A stretch of 64,000 nt of DNA from Sedimentisphaerales bacterium (lineage in GTDB: Bacteria; Planctomycetota; Phycisphaerae; Sedimentisphaerales; SM23-30), in assembly GCA_963663965.2 (NCBI GenBank), contig CAXXFK010000001.1, forward strand, positions 32,001 to 96,000. Direction: 5' to 3'. Both the position numbers and the translations under genes were made by a program. Positions 1 through 9,531 of this stretch are shown one piece after another (the stretch's first letter is position 1; the number at the start of each line of letters is the position of its first letter). Below the pieces are notes generated by a model that worked only from the letters and a program-made list of their open reading frames with translations, was not told the DNA's origin and searched no databases.

Positions 1-113
1 CGTAATAGAAACTCATTATGTTTAGTAACTATTAATAAAAAAAATAAAATATACCCGCATCTTCAAAGTTACACCGATAAAATCCTGATAACAGGACAGT
101 TACAAAATAATGC

Positions 114-142
114 TTGTATTTAAATTAGCCGACAACTATGAT
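114..142 (+). promoter_or_regulatory. putative sigma70 promoter of the permease gene
   Basis: TTGTAT-N17-TATGAT upstream of ATG 201. Confidence 0.45.
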
Positions 143-200
143 AAAGACCATCAGAAAACGGTACTTACTTTAACTAATTACTCTGAATAAAGTTACACCA

Positions 201-2054
201 ATGAACTTAAAAAAAGATATGGGGCTGCTCGATGTCTTCAGCATCGCCTTGGGCGCTATGCTGGGCAGCCTGTTTATCCTGCCGGGCCTGGCCTACCAAA
301 TGGCCGGTCCAGCCATGATTCTGGCCTACCTGCTGGCGGGTGTCCTGGCTTTTATGGGCCAACTTTCCCAACTGGAACTCGCCTCGGCTATGCCCAAGGC
401 CGGCGGTACCTATTTCTATGTTACCCGCTCCATGGGCGATGCCGTTGGTACCGTTTACGGCCTGATTACCTGGCTGTCACTGGTGCTCAAATCCACCTTC
501 GAACTGGCGTTCATGGCCGGTCTGTTGATTATTATCACCCATATTGATGGACGGTTGCAGCCTGCCACGGCCATGCTGCTTTGCCTGGGATTTCTTTCGC
601 TCAATGTTTTCGGCGCCAAAGAAGCCGGCCATTTTCAAATGATTATTGTTTTGTGCATTGTCGGAGTCCTTGGATTCTTCTGTATCCAGGCCTGTACTCA
701 TCTCAAAGCCATCAATTTCGAACCGTTCGCTCCCAACGGTTTCGATGCTATCCTGCCCGCCGCCGGGTTTGTCTTTGTCAGCTTCGGCGCCATTCTCAAA
801 ATCACCAGCCTCGCCGAAGAGGTCCGCAATCCCGGTAAAACCATTCCCCGGGCTATGATCATGGCGCTCGCCGTTGTCTTTCTCATTTACCTGCTGGTCG
901 TCTTCGCCGAGGTCGGCGCCTTCGGCGGCCCGTTCGATCAATCCCCACTCGATGGCGCCAAAGTCCCGCTGGCCGAAACCATCTACGAATTCGCCGGAAC
1001 CCCCGGTATGCTGCTCATGAACCTCGCGGCCCTGCTGGCCATCTTCTCATCGGTTAACTCCGGTGTTATGGCCGCCTCGCGCTATCCGCTGGCGCTGGCT
1101 CGCGATGAAATGCTGCCCGGACTTCTGGCCCGGGTGCACTCCCGCTACAATACACCCCATTTCTCGTTAATCCTCACCTGCGGTGTCATGGCCGCCGCGA
1201 TTTTCTTCGATATCAAAATCCTGGTCAAAGCCGCGTCCGCGGTTCTGATCCTCACCTATATCTTCTGCTGCCTGGCGGTCATTATCCTGCGTGAAAGCCA
1301 CGTTCAGAACTACCGACCGCAGTACCGCGCGCCCTTCTATCCCTGGCTGCAGATCGCTACCCTGCTCGGACTCATCCTGATTATGATCGAAATGGGCATC
1401 AAGCCCTTCCTCACCAGTTGCGTGTTAATGGCGCTCGGCTTTGTCGTTTACTGGTTCTACGGCCGCGCGCATACCGGGCGCGAATACGCCCTGCTCCATA
1501 TTATTGAACGGATCACCGACCGCCAGCTCACCGATCATCATCTCGAAACCGAACTCAAAGATATCATCCACGAACGGGATGAAGTCCTCAAAGACCACTT
1601 TGATCATCTCGTCGAACAGTGCCAGGTCCTCGACCTCGAGGCCCCCTGCTCATTGGATGAATTCTTCCGCCAGGCCGCCGCGCGACTCGAACCCAGCCTC
1701 GGACTCAAAGCCGATACCATCTACCAGCTGCTCGATCAGCGAGAAAAAGAAAGCCCCACCGTCCTGAGCCCGTTCCTGGCCATCCCCCATATCGTCATCT
1801 GGGGTGAACATCATTTCAATATGCTCCTGGCCCGTTGCCGGGGCGGGATCCAGTTCTCCGAAAAAGCCGAAAAAGTACACGCCGTCTTCATCCTCATGGG
1901 CACCAAAGATGAACGTCCCACCCACCTGCAGGCGCTCGCCGCCATCTGCCAGATCGCCCAGGATGACACCTTCGAACAGCGCTGGCTCAATGCCAAAAAC
2001 CAAACCGCCCTGCGTGACATACTCTTACTCAGCAAACGCAAACGCCTCACCTGA
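201..2054 (+). CDS. APC-family amino acid permease fused to a C-terminal PTS EIIA-like domain
   Basis: About 12 hydrophobic segments; ELASAMPKAGG.Y and AEEV.NP motifs; C-terminal RE..SPT.....AIPH EIIA signature. Confidence 0.9.
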   Translation: MNLKKDMGLLDVFSIALGAMLGSLFILPGLAYQMAGPAMILAYLLAGVLAFMGQLSQLELASAMPKAGGTYFYVTRSMGDAVGTVYGLITWLSLVLKSTFELAFMAGLLIIITHIDGRLQPATAMLLCLGFLSLNVFGAKEAGHFQMIIVLCIVGVLGFFCIQACTHLKAINFEPFAPNGFDAILPAAGFVFVSFGAILKITSLAEEVRNPGKTIPRAMIMALAVVFLIYLLVVFAEVGAFGGPFDQSPLDGAKVPLAETIYEFAGTPGMLLMNLAALLAIFSSVNSGVMAASRYPLALARDEMLPGLLARVHSRYNTPHFSLILTCGVMAAAIFFDIKILVKAASAVLILTYIFCCLAVIILRESHVQNYRPQYRAPFYPWLQIATLLGLILIMIEMGIKPFLTSCVLMALGFVVYWFYGRAHTGREYALLHIIERITDRQLTDHHLETELKDIIHERDEVLKDHFDHLVEQCQVLDLEAPCSLDEFFRQAAARLEPSLGLKADTIYQLLDQREKESPTVLSPFLAIPHIVIWGEHHFNMLLARCRGGIQFSEKAEKVHAVFILMGTKDERPTHLQALAAICQIAQDDTFEQRWLNAKNQTALRDILLLSKRKRLT

Positions 2055-2066
2055 TCGGTTCACAAT

Positions 2067-2843
2067 ATGCTCTCTTACCATTCATTTCTGCGCGACCTGA
2101 TCTGTCAAGCCGGCCAACTTTCCCTGGATTACCGCGCCCGCCTCAAAACCCTCTCAGTCAGCTACAAAAACAAAAAAGATGTCGTCACCGAAGCCGACCT
2201 GGCTGTCGAACAATTTATCGTTGACCAGATCCAACGTACTTATCCTACTCATGCCATCTTCGGCGAAGAATCCGGCCGCCATGCCGGCGATGAATTCCGC
2301 TGGATTATCGATCCTATCGATGGCACCGCCTCCTTCCTCTACGAACAACCCTACTACTCCATCTCCATCGCGCTCGAACACCACGGCCAGACCATCCTCG
2401 GCGCCGTCCACGCGCCCGTCCTGAACGAACTGTTCCTCGCCCAGCGCGACCAGGGCGCCACTCTCAACGACAAACCCATTCAGGTCTCCTCCGAATCCCA
2501 ACTCCAGCACGCCATGCTCGCCACCGGATTCGCCTGCCTGCGTGCCGACCATACCACCAACAATTTACCCATCTTCAATGCCATCGTTCCTCAGATTCAG
2601 GGCATCCGTCGCATGGGCTCCGCCGCGCTGGACCTCTGCTACACCGCCGCCGGTCGCCTCGATGGCTTCTGGGAACTCAACCTCAATCTCTACGACGTCG
2701 CAGCCGGCGCCCTCATCCTCACCGAAGCCGGCGGCCGCGTCTCCGATTTCAACAACACCCTCTCCCAATGGCCCTCCCAGGTCCTCGCCACCAACGGCCC
2801 CCTCCACCAACCCATCCTGGACATTATCCAGCAATATCGATAA
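2067..2843 (+). CDS. suhB: inositol monophosphatase family protein
   Basis: VTEAD, GEE, WIIDPIDGT, GSAALDL and YDVAAG motifs. Confidence 0.88.
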   Translation: MLSYHSFLRDLICQAGQLSLDYRARLKTLSVSYKNKKDVVTEADLAVEQFIVDQIQRTYPTHAIFGEESGRHAGDEFRWIIDPIDGTASFLYEQPYYSISIALEHHGQTILGAVHAPVLNELFLAQRDQGATLNDKPIQVSSESQLQHAMLATGFACLRADHTTNNLPIFNAIVPQIQGIRRMGSAALDLCYTAAGRLDGFWELNLNLYDVAAGALILTEAGGRVSDFNNTLSQWPSQVLATNGPLHQPILDIIQQYR

Positions 2844-3079
2844 GCACGAGAATCATCTGACTGCCATACCGGTGTTGCACAACTGCCCACAAATCCAGTG
2901 CAGTCAAACTTTTATAAAAACAGGGTTGAATTCTGTTTATTTAGTTGCCAAAATATATTCGCCGAATGCTTGTATATGATCGTGACTTGGCACTAAATAC
3001 CAAAACGATAATCTTTTTTTCTATAGATAGTTATATAACACCAACCCATTAATGGCCTGAACAGAAGTAGCGCTAAACT

Positions 3080-4192
3080 ATGAAAACTCGCCTTGACAAA
3101 ATCTCTATCAATGGCTTCAAATCCATCAAAGCGTTGCATGATTTCTCATTAGAATCCTTGAATATCATGGTCGGTTGTAACGGCGCGGGCAAAAGCAATT
3201 TTATGGACTTTTTCCGGATGCTCTCGGCCATGTCTCAAGAAAGCCTGGTCGCTTTCATAACCGAAAAAGGCGGCCCGGACGGCTTTTTCTACAATGGACC
3301 GGCCGAAACCAAAAAAGTCGATGCCCATCTGGTATTTGGTGAAAATGAATACCGCTTCGATCTGACCCCGACCGTTAACGGCCTGATGGTTAAAAATGAA
3401 GAAGTGATGTATAAAAAAACTCCTCACTGGAAATCCATGGGCGGTGGCACCTTGGAATCAGGCCTGAAATCATGGAAGGGACAATCCTCCCGAGTGGGTT
3501 CATGGCCTTCCGTCGAACACCATGTTTACGAAGCGGTTTCCGACTGGACAATTTATCACTTTCATGACACCGGCATGACCGCAACCATGCGTCGCGATCA
3601 GCCTGTTAGAGACCGCAACCGTTTAAATCCGGACGCATCCAATATCGCCGCTTTTTTGCTATCCATTCACGACCATTTCCCCAACCAGTATCAACATATC
3701 ATTTCCACCATTCAACTCGTCGCGCCTTTTTTCGATGACTTTATCCTTGAACCGGAAAAGAAAGGCGAAAATGAAGTAGTTCGTCTGGAGTGGCGTCAGA
3801 AGGGCAGCCAGTTCCCCTTCCAACCCTGGCAATTATCCGATGGATCCATTCGTTTTATCTGCCTGGCGACTGCCTTGCTCCAACCCGATCCGACACTTCC
3901 TTCTACCATTCTGATCGATGAACCCGAACTGGGCTTACACCCCTTCGCGCTGGATGTCCTGGCGGGCCTTATCCGGGATGCATCCACGCGTACCCAGGTG
4001 ATCGTTTCGACCCAGTCGTCACCTCTCTTGAATCACTTTGAACCCGAAGAGATTATCGTCGTAGACCGCAAGGCAGGTGCCTCTCAGTTTAAACGATTGG
4101 AACGTGAACCGCTTACCAAATGGCTCGAACAGTATTCCCTGGGTGAACTGTGGCATAAAAACATCTTCGAGGGAGGCCCGGTTCGTGAATAG
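3080..4192 (+). CDS. ABC/AAA_21-type ATPase
   Basis: Walker A GCNGAGKS, signature LSDG, Walker B ILIDEPELGLHP, STQS; C-terminal YSLGELW. Confidence 0.9.
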   Translation: MKTRLDKISINGFKSIKALHDFSLESLNIMVGCNGAGKSNFMDFFRMLSAMSQESLVAFITEKGGPDGFFYNGPAETKKVDAHLVFGENEYRFDLTPTVNGLMVKNEEVMYKKTPHWKSMGGGTLESGLKSWKGQSSRVGSWPSVEHHVYEAVSDWTIYHFHDTGMTATMRRDQPVRDRNRLNPDASNIAAFLLSIHDHFPNQYQHIISTIQLVAPFFDDFILEPEKKGENEVVRLEWRQKGSQFPFQPWQLSDGSIRFICLATALLQPDPTLPSTILIDEPELGLHPFALDVLAGLIRDASTRTQVIVSTQSSPLLNHFEPEEIIVVDRKAGASQFKRLEREPLTKWLEQYSLGELWHKNIFEGGPVRE

Positions 4193-4871
4193 ACTGCTCA
4201 TTCTGGTCGAAGGCCCCACCGAACGCGCCGTCATTCAGCAGGTACTGGCGGAATACCTCGCGTTGCATGGCCTCGATACCCAACCACGAGTGGTCGGAAA
4301 ACCGGGACACAAAGGCGGCAACGCCTTTGATAAAGTATTGCCTGAAATCCTTGCCTTACTCAAACAGGAACCAAACAGTTACGTAAGCACCTGTTTCGAC
4401 TATTACGGCCTTCCCGTCGACTGGCCCGGCCGCCGTGAATCCACTGACTGCGGCGATCTCGAAAGCAAATCGAACATAGTCGAAGAAGGCTTAAAATCAG
4501 CCGTCATCAATGCCTTGGAAAACAGATTCAATCCGGCCCGTTTTATCCCCTATATCCAGATGCACGAACTGGAAACGCTCTTGTTCTCCAATCCGCGCGT
4601 CATGGCCGAAATATTTGGCAAACCCGCGCTACAGAATCAATTTGAACAGATTGTATCCGATTGCGGCGGATGTGAAGCGATTAATGACAACCCTCAATCG
4701 GCGCCGTCCAAAAGGATCGGCGCGTTATTCCCAGGCTACCGGAAAGGAAGCAGCGTCAACGCCCATGCCCCGCGCATTATTCAAAAAACCGGCATTGATA
4801 CAATTAGAGACCGTTGCCCGCATTTTAATAACTGGATTAATCAATTAATCCTGATCGGCCAAAATCACTAA
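4185..4871 (+). CDS. DUF4276 family (TOPRIM-like) protein
   Basis: GTG start overlaps the ATPase stop (GTGAATAG); LVEGPTE, FDYYGLP, HELE, APSKR and CPHF..W motifs. Confidence 0.8.
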   Translation: MNRLLILVEGPTERAVIQQVLAEYLALHGLDTQPRVVGKPGHKGGNAFDKVLPEILALLKQEPNSYVSTCFDYYGLPVDWPGRRESTDCGDLESKSNIVEEGLKSAVINALENRFNPARFIPYIQMHELETLLFSNPRVMAEIFGKPALQNQFEQIVSDCGGCEAINDNPQSAPSKRIGALFPGYRKGSSVNAHAPRIIQKTGIDTIRDRCPHFNNWINQLILIGQNH

Positions 4872-4934
4872 ATCAATCACCGAAATTTTCCCCCCTCACG
4901 CCAAGCCCTCCTATTTCAACGGCCAACCCGCCGG

Positions 4935-5885
4935 TCATTCCTCCAACCAATGTTTCAGCTGCTCAAGATCACCCCGAATCGCCTCAAAGACCTGACTTTC
5001 CGGTATCGAAATATCTCGCCGCCCATGCTCTGCCCCACCCAGCTCATATTCCAGATGTAAGGAAACCGGCCCAGAAAACCCAATCTCTCTGACCATCTTG
5101 AAATAGCGCACAAAATCAACCATCCCCCGCCCCAGCGGACAGTTAACCGCGGTCCACTTATTATTCACCCGCTCCCAGTAAAAATCCTTGGCAACAAGAC
5201 TGGTAATATGCGGCGCGATCCGCCTGAAATCCACCGGCCAGCACTGCCCGCCCTCCACCGTCGCGTGACGAATATCAAATTGACAGCCCAGCTCTTGCGG
5301 ATCCACCCCCTTAATCACTTCCCACAGATCCCAGATCCCCGCGCCCAGGTAGCTCTCCCCGGCATGATTCTGATACGCGCCCTGCAGCCCCAACGCACGG
5401 TTCATCGCCGCCAGATCCTTAAAGACCGGCCGCCACTCCTCAAGCTGCCGGTCAATCGTTCGTTGCGCATCATAAGTAAAATACCCCATGCGATACTGCT
5501 TGAATCCGCACCGGGCCGCCGTCGACAGAATCGTCTCCGTCAACGGATCATCCGGATCGACAATCGCCGTTGTCATCATCTCAACAGTCAGTCCCGCCTT
5601 TTTCATCGCTTCCACCGCCCGCGGCAGATCCTCACGCACCCGTCCCGGCTCAACATGCCCCCCCGGCCGAACCGTCAGATCCAGACCATTCAATCCCACC
5701 TGCGCCGCAAACGCTGACATGCGTTCATAATCCAGCCATTGCAGATGCTTGGAAAACAGCAACACCTTCATATCCACCTTAGCCGCTTCCTCGGCTTTCA
5801 ACCTCTGACCCAACGACACCCCCGTAGTCGCCAGCAGACCAGCCACAAAATCACGACGGGACAATCCATTCATCTCATTCAACAT
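4935..5885 (-). CDS. Tat-exported sugar phosphate isomerase/epimerase (xylose-isomerase-like TIM barrel)
   Basis: SRRDF Tat motif; DLTVRPGGH, YQNH, FDIRHA, KDF and SLHLEY motifs; start could also be 5873. Confidence 0.85.
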   Translation of the reverse strand: MLNEMNGLSRRDFVAGLLATTGVSLGQRLKAEEAAKVDMKVLLFSKHLQWLDYERMSAFAAQVGLNGLDLTVRPGGHVEPGRVREDLPRAVEAMKKAGLTVEMMTTAIVDPDDPLTETILSTAARCGFKQYRMGYFTYDAQRTIDRQLEEWRPVFKDLAAMNRALGLQGAYQNHAGESYLGAGIWDLWEVIKGVDPQELGCQFDIRHATVEGGQCWPVDFRRIAPHITSLVAKDFYWERVNNKWTAVNCPLGRGMVDFVRYFKMVREIGFSGPVSLHLEYELGGAEHGRRDISIPESQVFEAIRGDLEQLKHWLEE

Positions 5886-5899
5886 ACCGCTTTCTCCTG

Positions 5900-8449
5900 C
5901 TATTTCTTGCCAACCAGATAAGCCCACTTATTTTCCCGATCAGGATCATACCAAAACAGCCGCCAGTAGGCCTGATCCACTTCAAACGGATCAAATGGAT
6001 CCTTCTCGATATCGAACGACTCCGGCAGAACACCATATTTTTTCATTTCGCGAAGATACTGCCGGTTCGGCCTGAAACTCGGCGTACCAAAGCTGTTGAA
6101 CGAATCCAGCTTGCTTTTCGATTGCCGCAAAGCGGCCAGCATCGCCTGATAATCGGCGCTCTCTTTGCTGTCAATCCGATACGCGCAGGTCCCCCACCCC
6201 CCGGCCTCTTTGGCCAGCGGCCCCAGCAGAATCGGCGACCATTCCGGCCGGGTCACATTCACCAGGTAATCCGCCCGGAACCGCAACAGCTTGTCATTCA
6301 CAATCCGCTGATGAACCGCGTAATGCTTCTCTTTGAAATACGGCTGTTTTTCTTCCTCACTGATATCATAAGGCAGCGGCGGCGCCTGTTTCTCCCGGCT
6401 GTGACATTGCTGGCACTGCCCCATCGGCTGACTGCCAAAGACCGCCCAGGCATGCCCCCGCTGATTCTGCTGCTCCTGATTGCGCAGTGCCGCGTAGGTC
6501 CCGGCATAAGGCGCCCCGCTCTCCAGCCACAACCATACCGTTCGCCATTCCTGCTCAGACACATGAACCCCCTTGTGACCGTTGATCTTCTTCATCAGCC
6601 CGCTCGCCGCAGAACCCACCGTCCGCGGCGCGGTATTCCCAAAACCATTCTGACCGTCGGCGATCTGATCCTTGAAGATCAAGCTGAAATAACTGATCGT
6701 CCAGCTGAAACCAAGATCATCCGTCAGAATCACATGCGCCCTGGGCTTCTGGTAATTATGGCATTTAACACAATGCTGGTTCAGAATCGGCTGAATATCC
6801 CGCCGAAAATCCAGCACATCCGGATACCCCTCAAATGGTACAATCTTACTGGCCGGCCGGTTCATCGCCGCCAGCGTATTCGCCCGGATCGGCGCCGGCG
6901 TCTGGCCGCGCGGCTCATGGCAGCCGACACAACTCAGCCGCTCGCCGGGCAGGACATTGGTAAAACTCTGCATCCGCTTCACCGACAGATCGTTTTCATC
7001 CAGCGCCACAAAGATCACCGGCCGCCCCGCCGGCGCCTCAAAATAAGCCGAGCCATCCGCCTCCACCGGCACCGTCCCCAGCACCCGTTCCAGCGTAAAC
7101 GTCCCCAGCCACGAGGTCAGGTCCATCCCCCCGCTGAAATTCACCGGCTTCGGCAGCGATTCCAGAATCAGCAGTTTTTTGATCTCGCCCGGCTTGACTC
7201 CCGCCATATTCCGCCCCTCATACACATTCGCCAGCACCATCTCCCCCGTCGCGCTCTCCGGATCGGTCGTATCAACAAAGCGCTTTTCCCGCACCCTCGG
7301 CATCAGCGGAACCGGCTCATGCAGATTCACCTTCTCGTTCGTACACGTCAACACCGGCGTCACACTCCCATCCATCCGCCCCACCAGGATCTGTTTATAC
7401 GACGCCACAATAAATGACTCCCCGTCCAATGGATACGGATCGTTAAACCGCCCCTGCCGGGTCACACGTCGCAAACCGCCCGGCGCGTCCGGTCCCAGTC
7501 GGCTGGTCAACGTCGCGACATGGCCCCGATGCTCGTTACTGCCATGCCCCGGCGAATCGATCAGCAGTATGCGGTCACTGCCCGGAATCGGCTTGGCGTC
7601 GATAAACAGCGGGTAATGCTGCTGGTTGCCATAATAAACCATCACATTCGTCCCATCCGGATTCATCGTCCAGAGATGATGATACCCCACCTGGGACCGG
7701 TCCACATACTCCCAGCGCGTATACAGGATCCGCCCATCCGGCAGCACCGCCGGCGTATTGTCATGCTCATTATTGAAAGACAGCGGCTCAACCTGCCCGC
7801 CGTTCCGGTCGCACCGAAACAGCGTCGCCACCTGCGTCAGCCAGCAGTTCACCCACCGCTTGCTGCGCGTCGACACAAACACAATCTGATCATCCGGCAG
7901 ATAGGTCGCCTCAAAATCATCAAACTCACCCTCCGTCACCTGCCTCAATCCGCTCCCATCCGTCTGAATTTCATATAGATGGTAATAATCCTCCCCGCGC
8001 CTGCGGCTGGAAAACAACACCGTCTTACCATCGTAATGGATCTGCGGATCGCGCACCCCGCCCCCATCCGCGTCAAACAGCACCGAAACCTCACCCGCCC
8101 GCACATCCAGTTTAAAAATCTTCCCCTCGCCCAACTGACCATTCCCGGCATACGCCTTGTGGTTCTCATCATCGCAATAGTAGCCGATATTCGCGTACCA
8201 GTGCGGATCATCGTAAGGCAGCCGGCTGACAAAAACAATCGCCTCGATCCCGCTCTCCCGCAGCTGCTGCAAGCCCTTCTCTTCCACCCGAAACGGCAAT
8301 CCACCCTCCTGCGCCCCAACAGTACCCACCAGAACTGGTATCACCAGCCAAACCAGCGCCCAAACTCCAACCCGCCTCCAGACACCATCTCCTCCCAGAT
8401 CATATTTTCTCTTCCAATTGCTCTCTAAGCCTGTCGGTCTATTTATCAT
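5900..8449 (-). CDS. secreted beta-propeller protein with hydrazine synthase alpha middle-domain-like region and c-type heme motifs
   Basis: TolB-like repeats, YTRWEYVDR, LGTVPVEADGSAYF, PGERLSCVGCHE; three CxxCH motifs; start uncertain. Confidence 0.8.
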   Translation of the reverse strand: MINRPTGLESNWKRKYDLGGDGVWRRVGVWALVWLVIPVLVGTVGAQEGGLPFRVEEKGLQQLRESGIEAIVFVSRLPYDDPHWYANIGYYCDDENHKAYAGNGQLGEGKIFKLDVRAGEVSVLFDADGGGVRDPQIHYDGKTVLFSSRRRGEDYYHLYEIQTDGSGLRQVTEGEFDDFEATYLPDDQIVFVSTRSKRWVNCWLTQVATLFRCDRNGGQVEPLSFNNEHDNTPAVLPDGRILYTRWEYVDRSQVGYHHLWTMNPDGTNVMVYYGNQQHYPLFIDAKPIPGSDRILLIDSPGHGSNEHRGHVATLTSRLGPDAPGGLRRVTRQGRFNDPYPLDGESFIVASYKQILVGRMDGSVTPVLTCTNEKVNLHEPVPLMPRVREKRFVDTTDPESATGEMVLANVYEGRNMAGVKPGEIKKLLILESLPKPVNFSGGMDLTSWLGTFTLERVLGTVPVEADGSAYFEAPAGRPVIFVALDENDLSVKRMQSFTNVLPGERLSCVGCHEPRGQTPAPIRANTLAAMNRPASKIVPFEGYPDVLDFRRDIQPILNQHCVKCHNYQKPRAHVILTDDLGFSWTISYFSLIFKDQIADGQNGFGNTAPRTVGSAASGLMKKINGHKGVHVSEQEWRTVWLWLESGAPYAGTYAALRNQEQQNQRGHAWAVFGSQPMGQCQQCHSREKQAPPLPYDISEEEKQPYFKEKHYAVHQRIVNDKLLRFRADYLVNVTRPEWSPILLGPLAKEAGGWGTCAYRIDSKESADYQAMLAALRQSKSKLDSFNSFGTPSFRPNRQYLREMKKYGVLPESFDIEKDPFDPFEVDQAYWRLFWYDPDRENKWAYLVGKK

Positions 8450-8453
8450 GCTT

Positions 8454-9482
8454 TCACCTGTCTTCACTGATGCCATCATCGCTTGTTCCTGTTGTGCAAT
8501 GGTATGAATTCCTGGGAGCCGTCGAATCACAGATTGTCCGGATTCCGGGAAATGAAGGTGTGCCATACTGCCTCACGTCGATTTGAGCGTTTCTAATCTC
8601 AAGGTTCAGCTCACCGTCACTGAGCAACTCGAACAGACTCGCCCTGGGATTGTCAACCACCAACCCATCCATAACAACCGTTTTGTGATCGGCCCCCGCT
8701 TTCCACTGAAATACCGGGCATGCCTGTCCCCGCCCCCAATCGCCGGTAATGGTAATATTGGACAGTTTCGCTTTGGAATTCTGGTAGGTCCCCCAGCCGA
8801 ATTGGAAGGGCACACTGTTTTGCACCATTTTAATCGTCGTATGGGTCACGGTAATATCGAAATAACATTTGATCACGTCATCGCCGCATTCGAAGTAACA
8901 CCGATCGACCGTCGAACCATGCCCGCCCGCGAATCCATCGCTGTGGTTATGCCACCCGCCCCGATTATCAATAAATTGACAATTCTGGGCATGACACACC
9001 TTGCCCCAACCCCGGATAAAATAGGAAAAGGGATTCAACGCGGTCAGATTCTTCACCGTCAACACCCCGCCCCTGTTTTGAAACTGACAATACTCCCAGG
9101 CCCTTATCTTCCGCTTCTCGGCCCAGCTCTGTTCCGGCGTACCATACACGATCGAAGTCTTACGATCCCGGCCCAGAATCGTGCAGTCAGAGTAGCTGTG
9201 AAAAGCCCCGGTGACCGTCACATTGGGATCGATAACAATCATGGCTACTTCCCGGGGGATATCCCAGTAATGATTCTTGAAATCCGGCTTATCAAAATCA
9301 ATGGTTCCGCTAGTCGCAAACGTCAGTGTCTTTGCCGCCGCATCCCAGCAGGTACTGCCCGAATAATGATCTTGCAGTTCGTTCACCGACTGGGTGGCGG
9401 CCCCACAACACCATTGGCTCAGCATCAGGCCGCCAAACACCATCAATCCCCAGCGCAATTGAGCTATTCCATTTCTATACAA
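8454..9482 (-). CDS. secreted right-handed beta-helix protein, possible glycoside hydrolase
   Basis: Signal-like N-terminus; NHSDG...GDD acidic motif; beta-helix periodicity. Confidence 0.65.
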   Translation of the reverse strand: MYRNGIAQLRWGLMVFGGLMLSQWCCGAATQSVNELQDHYSGSTCWDAAAKTLTFATSGTIDFDKPDFKNHYWDIPREVAMIVIDPNVTVTGAFHSYSDCTILGRDRKTSIVYGTPEQSWAEKRKIRAWEYCQFQNRGGVLTVKNLTALNPFSYFIRGWGKVCHAQNCQFIDNRGGWHNHSDGFAGGHGSTVDRCYFECGDDVIKCYFDITVTHTTIKMVQNSVPFQFGWGTYQNSKAKLSNITITGDWGRGQACPVFQWKAGADHKTVVMDGLVVDNPRASLFELLSDGELNLEIRNAQIDVRQYGTPSFPGIRTICDSTAPRNSYHCTTGTSDDGISEDR

Positions 9483-9531
9483 TTCGTTTTCCTCAATACC
9501 AGCTTCTCTGTATGATCATTCCTACTAAACC

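Noticed and set aside
4077..4184. N-terminal extensions in the ORF track (also 42490, 51583, 49025, 8566, 58218)
   Set aside because: They overlap upstream genes; downstream starts fit RBS position and family N-termini better
5900..8449. Hydrazine synthase / anammox pathway
   Set aside because: Only an HzsA-like domain is present, with no hzsB/hzsC or hydrazine dehydrogenase nearby; such paralogs occur in non-anammox planctomycetes
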